64,000 nucleotides of DNA from a virus: positions 1-64,000 of the IMG/VR virus record IMGVR_UViG_3300049491_000357; one strand, written 5' to 3'. Positions within the stretch are counted from its first letter, which is position 1. Each line of letters begins with the position of its first letter. The notes under the pieces were generated by a model. It searched no databases, was not told the DNA's origin, and was given only the letters and a program-made list of their open reading frames with translations. The position numbers were made by a program, and so were the translations under genes. This document shows positions 28,701 to 38,355 of the stretch, piece by piece.

Positions 28701-31387
28701 AAAACGGCTGGGAAGGTGAGGTCGATGGGCCGCGCCCAGTAAAGGGGTTCACCACTGGGGAAGGGTCCTGTGGTGGTGTCCCCAACGACCAGTTGGTCGA
28801 AAACAATATTCGCTGTACCTGCCCCTTTTCGCTCCCAAGGTGCAGGAGATGCCTCAGGGAGCACAGTTGGCAGATAATTGATGAACGACGATTCAACCGT
28901 ACGCTCCAAAGGAGGGTACGCAATGTGGTGGTAGGGCGAGTTGAAAAGCAGGAGGTTGGGGTCGTTCCAAAGAGCACTGTAGGCTCTCTCGTAGGCCCTG
29001 TACTTCAAGTCACGTTGGAGAGGCTGAGCCAACGTGGCCTGCATGTCATCAGCCGTGTAGTTGCTCGGCGTAATGAGCACGTTGTTGAACCGATAGTGGT
29101 GCCCCGCCACATCGTGGGGGTACCCTTGATCTCGATTCCAAGCGTTGAGTCGAAATTCCTTTGAATTGAGTCGACGAACTTCAACCGTAGGATTACAGAG
29201 GTAGGAGTAGTCCACCTTCACGTCGTCGGTAGACGACGGAGGGGCCGCCAAGACAATCTGCCCCAGAAGCCCGATAACGGCCAAAACTGGGGTGATGACG
29301 TTATTGATCCGAACCACTACATCTGCGGGGTCATCGGCAATTTCCCCGTTCCGTGGGTCGTAAACCTCCCAAGTTGTAGCGGCCTGCATTCCATCAGGGG
29401 AGTGCAGGTTGGCCTTTACTCGGATCTGCGTCGGAGAGAGCCACGCTGAGATCTGGAACGTCCCAGAGTTAGCTGCGCTGACCCCCAATATGATGTAGAG
29501 CCCGACCACAGTCGGAGAAAGAGAACCCCCCGTCAACGTCAACGTCGTAGGGTCATTGATGACCACCCCAAGACCCGTCTGAATCGTCAAGGGTGGCTTC
29601 GAGATGGGCCCACGATCAACGAAGATAGATCGTATGGTTAGAGGTACACTCGTCGTGAAAGCCGCTGCGTTATACGAGGGATCGAGCGGGTTGCCTGCAA
29701 TGTCCTTCGGCGTACCTGAGGCATTGACGAAAACCTCGTAGAAGCCAACCCCAAAGCCGATCGTCTTCAAAAAGACAGAAGAGTCGTCCAGGGTCTCCAC
29801 CGATTGAACGGTGACTGAGGTAGGACCAGAGATGGTGTACTCAGCCGGATCTGTGAGAGCAAAGTCCGCCCTCATTGGCTGATCGAACGTAACAACAACC
29901 CCACCCTCCTCAGGTTCGAACTCGATCCCCAGTACCCTAGGCTGAGAGGATACGGCAGCGAACTCCGTGTGGAACGAGAGGGTCCCAGTCTGCTTTTTAC
30001 GGAGGTCGTCCGCAGCCAGCTCATACCTCTTCCCATTCGTTGGCTTGCTAATGGTGAGGATGACGGCCTGAACTGCTCCCGACAATACCCACGTAAGTTG
30101 CCCATTTCGAGGGTCAGACGTGAAGAAGGGGAGGTCTACAGCTAGACGAGTCGGAGTGAGGACGTCCTCAACCCGAGCCAGGACATTGGGGTTGTACTCA
30201 GAGTCCTCGAAAAATACGTAGTCCCCCACTTCCACAAAGCCCAAGGGAAGATCCCTGAGTTCTAGAAACTGAGAGTGGATTGGAAGTGACGGTGACTCAG
30301 CATCCGTAATCGTCAGAAGGTCTCGACGATGGATGATGGCCAAAGATTCATGTACGGTAAGACGCTCTCCAAGCGTGACTCCCGTCCCAGTGACGGGGGG
30401 AGCATCATCAATGACCCCCTGAACCCCCTTGACCTTTGCACGCTGGATGGGGGTTACACGGTCAATACGAATCGGGACACCCCCATCCACGGGCCGGAGA
30501 CGATAACGAAGAAGATCAAGCGCATCTTCGATTCGAATTTCAGTCGGGAATGTGAGGCGAAGCGTGAAGTCGTCCAAGGACTCCACGAAGATGGCCTCCA
30601 ATGCCACCACTTCAGCGATCGAAAGACTTTCCTGGGGCCCTACCGTAAGGGATGCCACAGGGGTTGCCCCCTCTGTTACGACAAGGGACTCTGCGATCTG
30701 AACGACATTCTCAACCAGCAGCATCTCTGTGATGCTGAGGGTCTCTGAGACCACTACCTCGCCACCTTCTGTGGCATCAGAAAGTTCGGTGATGGTCAGA
30801 GACTCTGACAATGGAACAAGGAATGTCCCACCTGTCGGAACCATCGCTTCCGTGATGGTCAAAGACTCCGCAAGCCCAACAGGCGGAGCACCCTTCGTGC
30901 CTGTAACCCCCTCAGTGATCGTCAGAGACTCAGAGAAGTTATGTACGTTCGGGAAGAACGCCTTCTGGGTCTCCGTGATGGTAAGAGACTCGAAGATGTT
31001 GACCGGAGGATGAACGACTGGGGGGATAACTACACCCCCAATATCGAGCGTAAACGCCCCCAGCTTACCCGCAGAGAAGCTTGTGGCTTCAATCGTGTAC
31101 GACCCAGGAGGCAGATGCGGAATCTGGATAAGAGCTTGAAATCCAGGCCCTGAGTCATCGTCTTCGTAAAGAACCGTTCCCGTGAAGCTGGTCCCCTGAA
31201 GCAGGTACAGGTAGGTGTCCGTGAACCCCGTACCCGTCATCTGAATAACTACATCAGTGGCCCCATTGGTGACCGTGAACGTGTAGAACTTGGCGTATGC
31301 TGCCCTGTGCGTCGAGGAACAAGTTGCCGTCAACGCATCCGAAATCGGACCGCCATTGACAGAAATAGGAGTCAGAGCACACGCCAC
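25760..31387 (-). CDS. Large multidomain baseplate/tail protein (1875 aa) with N-terminal PPC-like domain, ESLTITE repeats and Ig-like domains
   Basis: DTYLYLLQG...YEDDDSGPG...PGSYTIEATSF is a pre-peptidase C-terminal (PPC)-like motif; VTFDQPM...PAEYTI is Ig-like; GTG start; ends TGA. Confidence 0.7.
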   Translation of the reverse strand: MACALTPISVNGGPISDALTATCSSTHRAAYAKFYTFTVTNGATDVVIQMTGTGFTDTYLYLLQGTSFTGTVLYEDDDSGPGFQALIQIPHLPPGSYTIEATSFSAGKLGAFTLDIGGVVIPPVVHPPVNIFESLTITETQKAFFPNVHNFSESLTITEGVTGTKGAPPVGLAESLTITEAMVPTGGTFLVPLSESLTITELSDATEGGEVVVSETLSITEMLLVENVVQIAESLVVTEGATPVASLTVGPQESLSIAEVVALEAIFVESLDDFTLRLTFPTEIRIEDALDLLRYRLRPVDGGVPIRIDRVTPIQRAKVKGVQGVIDDAPPVTGTGVTLGERLTVHESLAIIHRRDLLTITDAESPSLPIHSQFLELRDLPLGFVEVGDYVFFEDSEYNPNVLARVEDVLTPTRLAVDLPFFTSDPRNGQLTWVLSGAVQAVILTISKPTNGKRYELAADDLRKKQTGTLSFHTEFAAVSSQPRVLGIEFEPEEGGVVVTFDQPMRADFALTDPAEYTISGPTSVTVQSVETLDDSSVFLKTIGFGVGFYEVFVNASGTPKDIAGNPLDPSYNAAAFTTSVPLTIRSIFVDRGPISKPPLTIQTGLGVVINDPTTLTLTGGSLSPTVVGLYIILGVSAANSGTFQISAWLSPTQIRVKANLHSPDGMQAATTWEVYDPRNGEIADDPADVVVRINNVITPVLAVIGLLGQIVLAAPPSSTDDVKVDYSYLCNPTVEVRRLNSKEFRLNAWNRDQGYPHDVAGHHYRFNNVLITPSNYTADDMQATLAQPLQRDLKYRAYERAYSALWNDPNLLLFNSPYHHIAYPPLERTVESSFINYLPTVLPEASPAPWERKGAGTANIVFDQLVVGDTTTGPFPSGEPLYWARPIDLTFPAVFAATWQVQINAVTVFEGVWSGLAVGFSDSKKAIVVGYVEVAGVKQVGILKRGFGNDPSQVTAWTGGLSGNTSTGLPADLDWTLLHSFRIFQANGVVRVYFDGEIVENLRVLEDELPFLEELNDPFNQVQNVYFGSLSRPAVNQSTWDFVRYLILPTNPYQTAPSVFVSYEGNDFPETATPPWTPVGYHGNESIVTSSALQVDSTSATDLATEAAVGLVGGDFRGFLRIEPLLAVSSDVILDVNVQLLTETHGITPNAVMAAIDDGKRLLQLCFFPGKAAPKFSYGGRSFPQDFLPTPWTPLGGSAVEMIGRTLRINDTSLTDGRVYFRDDVAGVGTDARIVDATTDWMFEFKCHVRSHTPDPGGFSGVQCSVYDGSRDLGLLFLDIAGVRYVAPHSEGSLLPGPVQFPFEWDDDEPHILRMVKTGGTITVMADGALLGTVPYVNFSGVVGPATGIISWGSSTPISMGATSNVDWFYANIWRVLPSTQKWVGFWKGTDSDSLIGYHLPLTANGVGAAVVGNVLNDPLADFVVAGVLVGDQLVIDNGSNKGVYTIGSVTPTTLTVSSVITFPVQPSIVNYRVPQEVDWTVPHKYRIARVPDGNLTLILDSTPQPLITIGYNELEVPPSSAGVPTVLSGGLPCIAWGAFDPTNLSSTLWDFVRYGITRSPSELRIAPHHQILNQRNVMASPEHLYTSIPHSHTDYWSSSTGIPPQTTPDFFQNPLLVAYTLLNEGTPLVPSTQSTDVQVPTPTTEFVSSFNSIEDLMNFDGDFKFNDGSVRHTLKIPDDVLYTSLVVTEKSVGEQNLITPFCDSCETPDWGTLYWTKEVCLVYDGAVLPENSGNTPAWQLVSDVPANVSATPFSGVLTYATTGPTRTVYRNPTSLPDSLSLVTEVKFRMRVLQDTTLGLGDSQVRLGFSSSAGFTLSLAFVTTPLGERYVLLVDQNTLAVLGGIPFDWYDGAFHDYKLTRDPATASVLISIDS
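30610..30995 (-). repeat. Seven imperfect E(S/T)L(T/S/V)(I/V)(T/A)E protein-level repeats
   Basis: FESLTITE, SESLTITE, AESLTITE, SESLTITE, SETLSITE, AESLVVTE, QESLSIAE spaced about 17-22 aa apart. Confidence 0.8.
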
Positions 31388-31401
31388 CTAGCGGCCTCAG
31401 C

Positions 31402-31932
31402 TAACGTGATGGTCGAAGTGTACGTCACAGACAAGGTGTCGTTCGTGTTGAGCGTCCTTGTTGCAAACTGGACCTCATGAGCCATGACCCCGCCGACATT
31501 CGCATCGAAAACAGCGGACTTCTGTACGCCTTGTGGGGGGATACCGAGGTACGTGAACATGTAGGCGATCGTCGTCTGATTCGCAGGGACGATAGGCAGC
31601 GTCACCGTAGCCAGGGCTCGGGTCAACCCGCTACCCGCCAGCTCTGCGGGCAAACTCGTGTCTGTCGCCAGAGGAGCCGCAGCATCGTTCGACAGACCGA
31701 TGTAGTTGAACCCACCTCCAAGTGAACCACGGGTCGGAACCGAAGCTGCCGTGGCATAAATGTAGGCGTGGATTCGAACGAGTCCCGCATTGGTGACGAG
31801 GTTGTCAACCACCTGATCTTCATCCACCTGACGGTACACGTACAGCCCACGCTTCTCGTCGAAGTCGTATGCCTGCTCATGGTGGATTCGAACACGGGCC
31901 CTTGGACGAAGCGTTTCAGTGACGATATGCAT
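31402..31932 (-). CDS. Tail-collar/baseplate-type small protein; ends at putative TTA stop
   Basis: Strong SD TAAGGAGGAGG before ATG 31932 (MHIVTETL). Motif NLVTNAG...YIGLS...TDTSLPAEL...TLNTNDTLSVTYTSTIT, then TTA at 31402-31404. Confidence 0.7.
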
Positions 31933-31984
31933 AGCTGCCTCCTCCTTAGGAGGTGATGAAAGGGTTAGGGGTAGACGGCAAAGG

Positions 31985-32800
31985 TCAGAAGTCAAAAGAG
32001 TGATCTTCAGCCGAAACTGTCTTGTTGACCTTTGTGCCCAAACGGTCACGATCCCGAATACCCTGACAGTACATGCGGAAATCGTCGTAGTAGTACGACG
32101 ACATGTACCAACGCATGGCATCAAGAATTTTCCCAAGGGGATCGTTGGGGATGTACTTGTCTTGGAAGAGGTACCTTAGACGATACAGGGTATGGGCAGG
32201 CCGGACAATGTCGAGAATTGCTCTGGTGGCAGAGTCGGCGGCGAAAAGATCCGGGGGGAACCCCCCGCCTATCGGGATAACCACGTCGACGTCAAAGCCG
32301 AACTGGTCGGAAATATCCAGCCCAGAAGCACCCTTTCGGATGAGGATGAAGTTCTCTCGGACAAGGATATCCCCCTTGATGAAGAGGCTGGCCACATCCC
32401 CCATAGACTTGGGGATTGAACCCTGGAAGTAGATGCGGATGAGGTTGATGAGTACGTCCCGGAACTGATCGTCGGACCATTGAAGGTTGGGGATAGCCCC
32501 ATTTTGGAAGAGGAAGTACCCGATGATCGAGTACAGGAAGTCCGACCGAGTGGTGTCTACGGTACGGTCCCAATCAACATCCTCAAGGGCCAGCTCTAGC
32601 CGTGCCAGTTCGACCGCTACCGCCTTCAACTCGTTCGTATAGTTTGGGCCCTGGACAGCCGAGATATAGTTGCTGGCAAGCAAGTTGAGCAACGTGGTGA
32701 AAATTGGTTGGGCTCGCTGGAGAAGTCTGAGATTGTACTCTTTTCCAGTTTGGGAGACGGTGTAATTGATCCGAGATGGGTCACGAACGAAACGAGCCAT
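31985..32800 (-). CDS. Baseplate wedge protein (gpI/T4 gp7-like)
   Basis: Follows the baseplate J-like gene; FRDVL..LIRIYFQGS and ILDIVRPAHTLY are characteristic of P2 gpI-like wedge proteins. Confidence 0.6.
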   Translation of the reverse strand: MARFVRDPSRINYTVSQTGKEYNLRLLQRAQPIFTTLLNLLASNYISAVQGPNYTNELKAVAVELARLELALEDVDWDRTVDTTRSDFLYSIIGYFLFQNGAIPNLQWSDDQFRDVLINLIRIYFQGSIPKSMGDVASLFIKGDILVRENFILIRKGASGLDISDQFGFDVDVVIPIGGGFPPDLFAADSATRAILDIVRPAHTLYRLRYLFQDKYIPNDPLGKILDAMRWYMSSYYYDDFRMYCQGIRDRDRLGTKVNKTVSAEDHSFDF

Positions 32801-32804
32801 CAGA

Positions 32805-32981
32805 TCACCCGCACTTCCTGATGGGGTTCACCATCGATGCTGCCAGGCACTGCACGCACACGCGACGGTGCTTCTCGACGTCCTTTGGCCACTCAGTCCA
32901 TGGAGTCCCGACGACCCCGTTGATGACAGGGAGAGCCCTCTGATTCTGCCCATGCTTTTCGCAATCAATCGTGAGATTCAT
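32805..32981 (-). CDS. Small Cys/His protein (58 aa, possible Zn-binding); missed by the ORF track
   Basis: MNLTIDCEKHGQNQRALPVINGVVGTPWTEWPKDVEKHRRVCVQCLAASMVNPIRKCG-TGA fills the gap with 3-nt and 4-nt spacers; CxxH...CxxC. Confidence 0.6.
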   Translation of the reverse strand: MNLTIDCEKHGQNQRALPVINGVVGTPWTEWPKDVEKHRRVCVQCLAASMVNPIRKCG

Positions 32982-32984
32982 GGG

Positions 32985-35900
32985 TCAGTCCACTTCAGAG
33001 TAAGTGATCGTCAATTCCCCTAGGCTCAAGAACTCGACTGCTGCTGCTGCGAAGTCCTTTGCCCCCTTGTCTCCACGAACGACATAGGAACACGCATAGC
33101 TGTGGTTGCCCGGGTCATCTGGGGGAAGAACGGTAGCCACCAAGGCCACAACGATGTGATTGGCGGTTCGACGAAGCCTTTCAGCCGCTCTGGCTTCAGG
33201 GGTCGTAAATCCAGCAGCCGTGAGGGTTGCATCGTCTGAGTAGCCATTGATGACCGCACCATCAGCTCCAATGATGTATGCCTGATTTGGCCCCGATGCC
33301 ACGGACGTAAGAACCGAGGCCATCGTCATAGCCACATCGTCTTGGAAGACCCCGTGGTGCTCAGTTGGGAGCCCACCCCCATCTGTCGTTGGGCTAGTCA
33401 ATGGGTTGGTAAGGATGTACGCCCTTTGAGCCCCAATATCAAGCGTTGCAAGACGAACGTGAGTCGAAAGGATCCCCTCTCGGATACGACGACTCCCATC
33501 AGAGTAGGCCATCTTAGCCAGGGGCACAATCTCGAAATCAACTCCTGCGGAGGAGTCCACAGCGTTGATCACATCAGACTGGGCGGCACCCTGACCAATG
33601 AGTCTCTTGTCGAGATCGATCGAGACATTTGAACGAATCCCAGGGTCTGTGCGGTCTTTCGTTGCCCCCTTCAAAAGCTGAACGGTGGTTTCAATGTCAA
33701 TCGGATTGTCGATTGTTTGCTTCACCAAAACATCAGCCGTGACGTGACGTCGGACATTGACGACCTGCTGAAGCTGCTGGAGAAGGTCGTTGATGACGTA
33801 CGTGACGTTGAAGTTTTCGTCGTGTACGTAGTCCACCGACACTAGCTGACCGTTGGCGATAACAGAGCTAGCCGTTCGAACAATCTTGGCAGGCTTGGTG
33901 GCCGTTCCCTCCACGATGTCGAAGTCCGGGAGAGTCGTTTCTGGGCCGTTGTACTCAACCGTACGTGCCTGATTGAAGACCCTGATGGTCTTCGTGTTGA
34001 TGCCGATCGAGTCAAGAGGCTCCTGGACGAAGCCAATCAACACGTGTTGTTCGTCGTTGACCGTAAACTGAGAACCCGAAGGCTTCCCAGCAAATTGCGT
34101 CACCTGGAGGTAGTCTTTGGCGATTGTGCTCTCACCCTCAAGAAGCGGGTCTTCTGTCTTGTACAGCAGATAGTTCGAGTTTGGGACGAGAGGGCCAGAA
34201 ACAGCCCCCACCACAGAGACAACCCTGCGTACTGGTTGGAAGGTGAAGAAGAACTTGTTGATAGACCGGAAACGGTAGTCCGCCAATATGACGTCATCGA
34301 TGAACGTCACCGGTTGGGGGATAGCCGTGTTTATCCTGAAGGTGTTGTAGTCAAGGATGATCACACCTGTCAGGTCGTAATCTGCCCCAAGTGTTGCGTT
34401 TCTGACCCCAAGACCTTGAGCCGGGTTGTTCAAGATCTCGATGATCGGATTCTGCGGCGTCACCCGAGAGTCGAGTACTCGGAATGTCAACGTCAACAGA
34501 TCGATAACCTGACACAGGATGTCGCGAGCGATCTCGAACTGGAAAGCAAAGTTCTCCGTGATTGTGCGTTCTCGGAGGCCCTGCACCCACAGGTCAACCT
34601 TGCCCCCAATGTGCTTCTTTCGAATCGGGTCCCAGTCACGCATCATGAGCGAGTCCCCAGACTTCACGACTTTGGCCTTGATGATGCCACTCTGCTCAGC
34701 AGCCGTTTGGTAGTACCCACCTTCAGTGCCCGTGTCGACCGAGGCAAAAGAAAGGATACACCATGCCGCTAGTTCGGCATTGGACTGGATGTCCGTACCA
34801 AAGACTGTGGCTTCGGTGTTCTTGACCAGCACCCCAGGGATGTTGATCGACTTGATCGATCCTGCTGGGCGGTTGCCGTTTTCTCCGATGGCTTCTGCCG
34901 ATATGTCGACAGTCAGCTCATACAACTTGGTGTTGAAGTTGTAGTACGCATCCGCGTTAGCGGCGGAGATGATGTAGGACCCCCCGATGCGAAAGCGAAC
35001 CGCTGGGAGGTTGTTTACTGTGTCGGTCTCGGTCGATACGAACGAGCCCGCGGGGATAGGGATGTCAGCAGTCGGTCGGGTAGGGGTGTAAACAACTGCT
35101 TGCCCTACAGCAGCCCGTCCGGGGAGTCTGTCCTTGTTGACGTTTTTGGCCAGCTTGTCAAATTGCTGGTTGATGAGGTTTTGCGTTGCCTCATCGCTCG
35201 TGTACCCGACCGCAGCTCGAAGAGCGGTCTTGTAGGACGACGCCGAAACAGGGTCCGAAATACCATCCCCATTGGCATCATCAATCTGAAGGAGAGTCAG
35301 GAAGCTCTGGCTACGATGGATGAAGTCAAGCAAGAACCAAAGACGATCCGCCTCCGACGAGAAAGGATCGATCGAGACATCACGCGTGGTCGAACCTGGG
35401 TTCAACGTGATAGCCTGATTGACTCTCACGATCGCGGTCACATAGTCCGTGACGATCTGAAGTCGTTGACGACTTGGAAGGTCTCGGATGCTGGTATCCA
35501 GCGTGAGAGGGGTCCCCAACACCTCTTGTGAGTAAGGGGTCTCTATCTCCTGTGATGTCGAGGGGTCGAAGTAAACCCCGGTGAAGACATAGTAGAGAGG
35601 GAGGGCAGAGTTGACGTTGACGAATTGATCGGAGTTGATGATCCCAGCCCCGCCAGCACGATCATGCACAAACTTCGAAAACTTGGTGATGACGTAACTC
35701 TCGACAGTCGAGGTGAAACGAATGCTGTCGAAATAGGCGCTCACATCCTCGACAACATCGAGACGTGTGCCGAGGACATTTTCGAACTCGTCCTCTTCCT
35801 GCACCACAATACGAAGGTTTTGGAGCTTACCGTCACTCCAAGTGGTCTTCTCTGTGGTCGTGGAGAGAACATCCTCTTCAAAGGTAGAGTCCGCCTCCGT

Positions 35901-36434
35901 GATGAGGCTCTCGTTGATCCGGAAGTACCCCGTTGTCCCACCAGGCGAGGACGACGCGTAGAGGTTGAACCCTAGAAAGTCAGGGGTCGCAGTGATATTG
36001 CCCGAAGACCCACGGATTGGGAGAGGGATGGCGGAAAGCAGCGTGACGGTATTGCGGTTCCTACGAGCCCTAATCCCGCTAGGAATCTGAACCCCTACAA
36101 GCGAGATCTCCCGGACACGGGTAACGTTTACCGTAGCCGCAGGTGAGATCTTGCCAAGGATGTCAATGACCCGAAACTGAATGGTATTAACCCCAAGATC
36201 AAGGAGTTGCCCCTCAGGGTAGACGTTGGGGTTAGGGAAAGTGAACTTGTCGAGGTCCAGTTTGATGAGGTTAGGGTCTGTGACAAAGGCGCCCCCATTA
36301 ACACTCACCTGGATGGTAGCGATGTTCAGCTCGACTTTACCGTAGACAAAGATTGCCTCCTGGTTCGTCGAAAAGACGAGATTTGTAGTATAGCCGGAGC
36401 TATCGCGAAATTGGATTTGCGGTGTAGTGGCCAT
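32985..36434 (-). CDS. Baseplate J-like wedge protein (T4 gp6-like), 1149 aa
   Basis: PGSTTRD...FDKLAKN..KDRLPGRAAVG..V...IPAGSFVST...AEAIGENGN...GTDIQSNAEL...GTEGGY...GGKVDLWV follows the Baseplate_J pattern. Confidence 0.8.
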   Translation of the reverse strand: MATTPQIQFRDSSGYTTNLVFSTNQEAIFVYGKVELNIATIQVSVNGGAFVTDPNLIKLDLDKFTFPNPNVYPEGQLLDLGVNTIQFRVIDILGKISPAATVNVTRVREISLVGVQIPSGIRARRNRNTVTLLSAIPLPIRGSSGNITATPDFLGFNLYASSSPGGTTGYFRINESLITEADSTFEEDVLSTTTEKTTWSDGKLQNLRIVVQEEDEFENVLGTRLDVVEDVSAYFDSIRFTSTVESYVITKFSKFVHDRAGGAGIINSDQFVNVNSALPLYYVFTGVYFDPSTSQEIETPYSQEVLGTPLTLDTSIRDLPSRQRLQIVTDYVTAIVRVNQAITLNPGSTTRDVSIDPFSSEADRLWFLLDFIHRSQSFLTLLQIDDANGDGISDPVSASSYKTALRAAVGYTSDEATQNLINQQFDKLAKNVNKDRLPGRAAVGQAVVYTPTRPTADIPIPAGSFVSTETDTVNNLPAVRFRIGGSYIISAANADAYYNFNTKLYELTVDISAEAIGENGNRPAGSIKSINIPGVLVKNTEATVFGTDIQSNAELAAWCILSFASVDTGTEGGYYQTAAEQSGIIKAKVVKSGDSLMMRDWDPIRKKHIGGKVDLWVQGLRERTITENFAFQFEIARDILCQVIDLLTLTFRVLDSRVTPQNPIIEILNNPAQGLGVRNATLGADYDLTGVIILDYNTFRINTAIPQPVTFIDDVILADYRFRSINKFFFTFQPVRRVVSVVGAVSGPLVPNSNYLLYKTEDPLLEGESTIAKDYLQVTQFAGKPSGSQFTVNDEQHVLIGFVQEPLDSIGINTKTIRVFNQARTVEYNGPETTLPDFDIVEGTATKPAKIVRTASSVIANGQLVSVDYVHDENFNVTYVINDLLQQLQQVVNVRRHVTADVLVKQTIDNPIDIETTVQLLKGATKDRTDPGIRSNVSIDLDKRLIGQGAAQSDVINAVDSSAGVDFEIVPLAKMAYSDGSRRIREGILSTHVRLATLDIGAQRAYILTNPLTSPTTDGGGLPTEHHGVFQDDVAMTMASVLTSVASGPNQAYIIGADGAVINGYSDDATLTAAGFTTPEARAAERLRRTANHIVVALVATVLPPDDPGNHSYACSYVVRGDKGAKDFAAAAVEFLSLGELTITYSEVD

Positions 36435-36437
36435 ACA

Positions 36438-37577
36438 TCATCCAGTGAGTGCGTACTTCTGAAGGGATTCTCGGAAAATCCCTTGAGCCTGGGTGGACCC
36501 AAGAAGGTCGTGGGGCAGAGGGACCCTGACCCCGCGATCAATCTGAACGGGCTTCTGGGACCTGTTCTGTACAGTGGTATTGATGAAAATGACCGTGGGG
36601 TCTTGCTGGCTTTGTTGTAGGTCAACCGCCAGCAGACGAAAGGGAAACTCTTCGTCTGTAACGATTTGGCCCACAGCATCTTCCTGCTGCCGCTTGATGC
36701 TTTGCCACCGATTGAAAGCTGTGTAGATATCCGACACGATGGTGTTCTGAAGGATGCCCCCCATCGTGAGCTTCTTACCGATTGACTCGGAAATGATCGT
36801 CCCATACCAGGTGTAGAATGGGTTCGTGCCTCGGACTGTGTAGAAAAGTTTGAGGTGCTCTTGGATGAGGAGCGCTTCGTCCGTTACCTGGATAACCTCC
36901 CCTGTAGTCCCGTAAACCCAGTCGTTCTCAACCCCCAGCCCACCACAACGACGGCACTCCTGCTGAAGTGTCACGTAGTTGATCTCAGCGTAGTCCCCAA
37001 ACCCCTTCAAGGGCTCGTCAAATACAATGAGGCGTGTGGGTCGATCAAGGAGCGTGTTGGGGTCGTTAATCAACGTCCACCCCGGTACTACCTGCTTACC
37101 TCGCCAGTGTCTGGTGGTGGGGATCCCCAGAACAGACGCCAAAGGGGAGTCGGAGGGGATAAAAGCCGTTGCTTGTTTCCCCTCGCGGTCGGTTTGGAAT
37201 CCTACCCTACGTTCATCGACGAAGAACTGGGCCCCACGAATCTGAGCTGAAAGTTGGGCCACAATCAGCTCGGGGGTGATCTTCAAACCCCCGTTGATGA
37301 CCGCCACCTGCATCGGACCCTCATTGACCTGAATCCGGAATGTATCCGAGACCCCTGTTTGAACCTTGTAGGGGCCCTCTTTCGATCCCACCGTACGGGC
37401 TGGCGTAGCAACCCCCGGAGAAGGCACAGTGATCGCGCTGTTCAACCGAACCTCAACCGAGTTGGAAGAGGAAATCGGTCGTAGAGGTTGCACCACAGTA
37501 CCTGAGGCATCGAGGTAGATTGCTTCCTCGACAACCCGATGAGGGCAGACCTGGTCCAGCTTTCGATCGTAGCTCAT
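36438..37577 (-). CDS. Baseplate gp25/GPW-like (sheath initiator) protein with N-terminal extension and CxxCxGxG motif
   Basis: C-terminal LFYTVRGTNPFYTWYGTII matches the gp25 lysozyme-like signature; CRRCGGLG; directly upstream of baseplate J. Confidence 0.65.
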   Translation of the reverse strand: MSYDRKLDQVCPHRVVEEAIYLDASGTVVQPLRPISSSNSVEVRLNSAITVPSPGVATPARTVGSKEGPYKVQTGVSDTFRIQVNEGPMQVAVINGGLKITPELIVAQLSAQIRGAQFFVDERRVGFQTDREGKQATAFIPSDSPLASVLGIPTTRHWRGKQVVPGWTLINDPNTLLDRPTRLIVFDEPLKGFGDYAEINYVTLQQECRRCGGLGVENDWVYGTTGEVIQVTDEALLIQEHLKLFYTVRGTNPFYTWYGTIISESIGKKLTMGGILQNTIVSDIYTAFNRWQSIKRQQEDAVGQIVTDEEFPFRLLAVDLQQSQQDPTVIFINTTVQNRSQKPVQIDRGVRVPLPHDLLGSTQAQGIFRESLQKYALTG

Positions 37578-38314
37578 ACAGTCTCTCCTGGATCAATCGC
37601 CCCTGTGGTGCCTGTGTCTCTACCGTAAAGGTCATCTGGAGCACGATCAGGTCCAGCAGCATATGGTTTGAAGGGAGCGTAGATTTTCTTCCCCATCGCA
37701 TCCTTGCCCTTGTCATCGTAGATGGCCCGATAGACAGGATCGTTGATAAGGTCGGTGATAAGCTTGAAAACGTTTTCAAACGACCCCTCTACATCGCCTG
37801 CCGAAGCAACAAGAGTCAAGTAGTTGATCTCATCCTCAAGTTGCTCAGCATAGTCGACCGCCTTTCGGATCTTGTGTTCTAGGTAGTCCCTGCGAAAGTC
37901 GATCGTGTCATCCAGCCAAGCTCTTGCGTTTTCCATCAGCTCAGCAGACTTAGCGTCAGCCAGACCAGGCTTAGGCAAAACCTCCCCATTGGAGAGGAGC
38001 TGAGCAGGCGTCCCTTCGTCCCCAGCAAGCAGGTAGACCGCTTGTGCTTTTGACCTGATGTTGAGGTCAAAGAACGGGTCACCCCCCAGGACTTCGTATG
38101 CCGCCACCAGTTTTCCGATGTAGCTGGTGTCGTCAGGAACATATGTGGTGGGGACACCCCCTGAATCGAAGGCAAAGGCAAGAGAACCCACCCGAGTCTG
38201 CTCAAAAGCCAAGTGGTTGATCCTACCCGCCAAATCGGCCTTCTGGGCACGTGCGAACGCCACAAACCGTGTGAACAGGCTCGAATTGAACGTTCCCTTA
38301 AAATCCCAAGCCAA
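37574..38314 (-). CDS. Hypothetical baseplate-region protein
   Basis: TTG start with GAGGAG SD; ATGA overlap with the next gene. Confidence 0.65.
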   Translation of the reverse strand: MAWDFKGTFNSSLFTRFVAFARAQKADLAGRINHLAFEQTRVGSLAFAFDSGGVPTTYVPDDTSYIGKLVAAYEVLGGDPFFDLNIRSKAQAVYLLAGDEGTPAQLLSNGEVLPKPGLADAKSAELMENARAWLDDTIDFRRDYLEHKIRKAVDYAEQLEDEINYLTLVASAGDVEGSFENVFKLITDLINDPVYRAIYDDKGKDAMGKKIYAPFKPYAAGPDRAPDDLYGRDTGTTGAIDPGETV

Positions 38315-38355
38315 GGCTGAACTCCTCGGTAATAGTAAGCGTACAAGTGGGATCG

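Noticed and set aside
31941-31953. CCTCC-TAA-GGAGG mini-hairpin over an SD
   Set aside because: Only 5 bp with a 3-nt loop, and part of the GGAGGAGG stays free; too weak to call.
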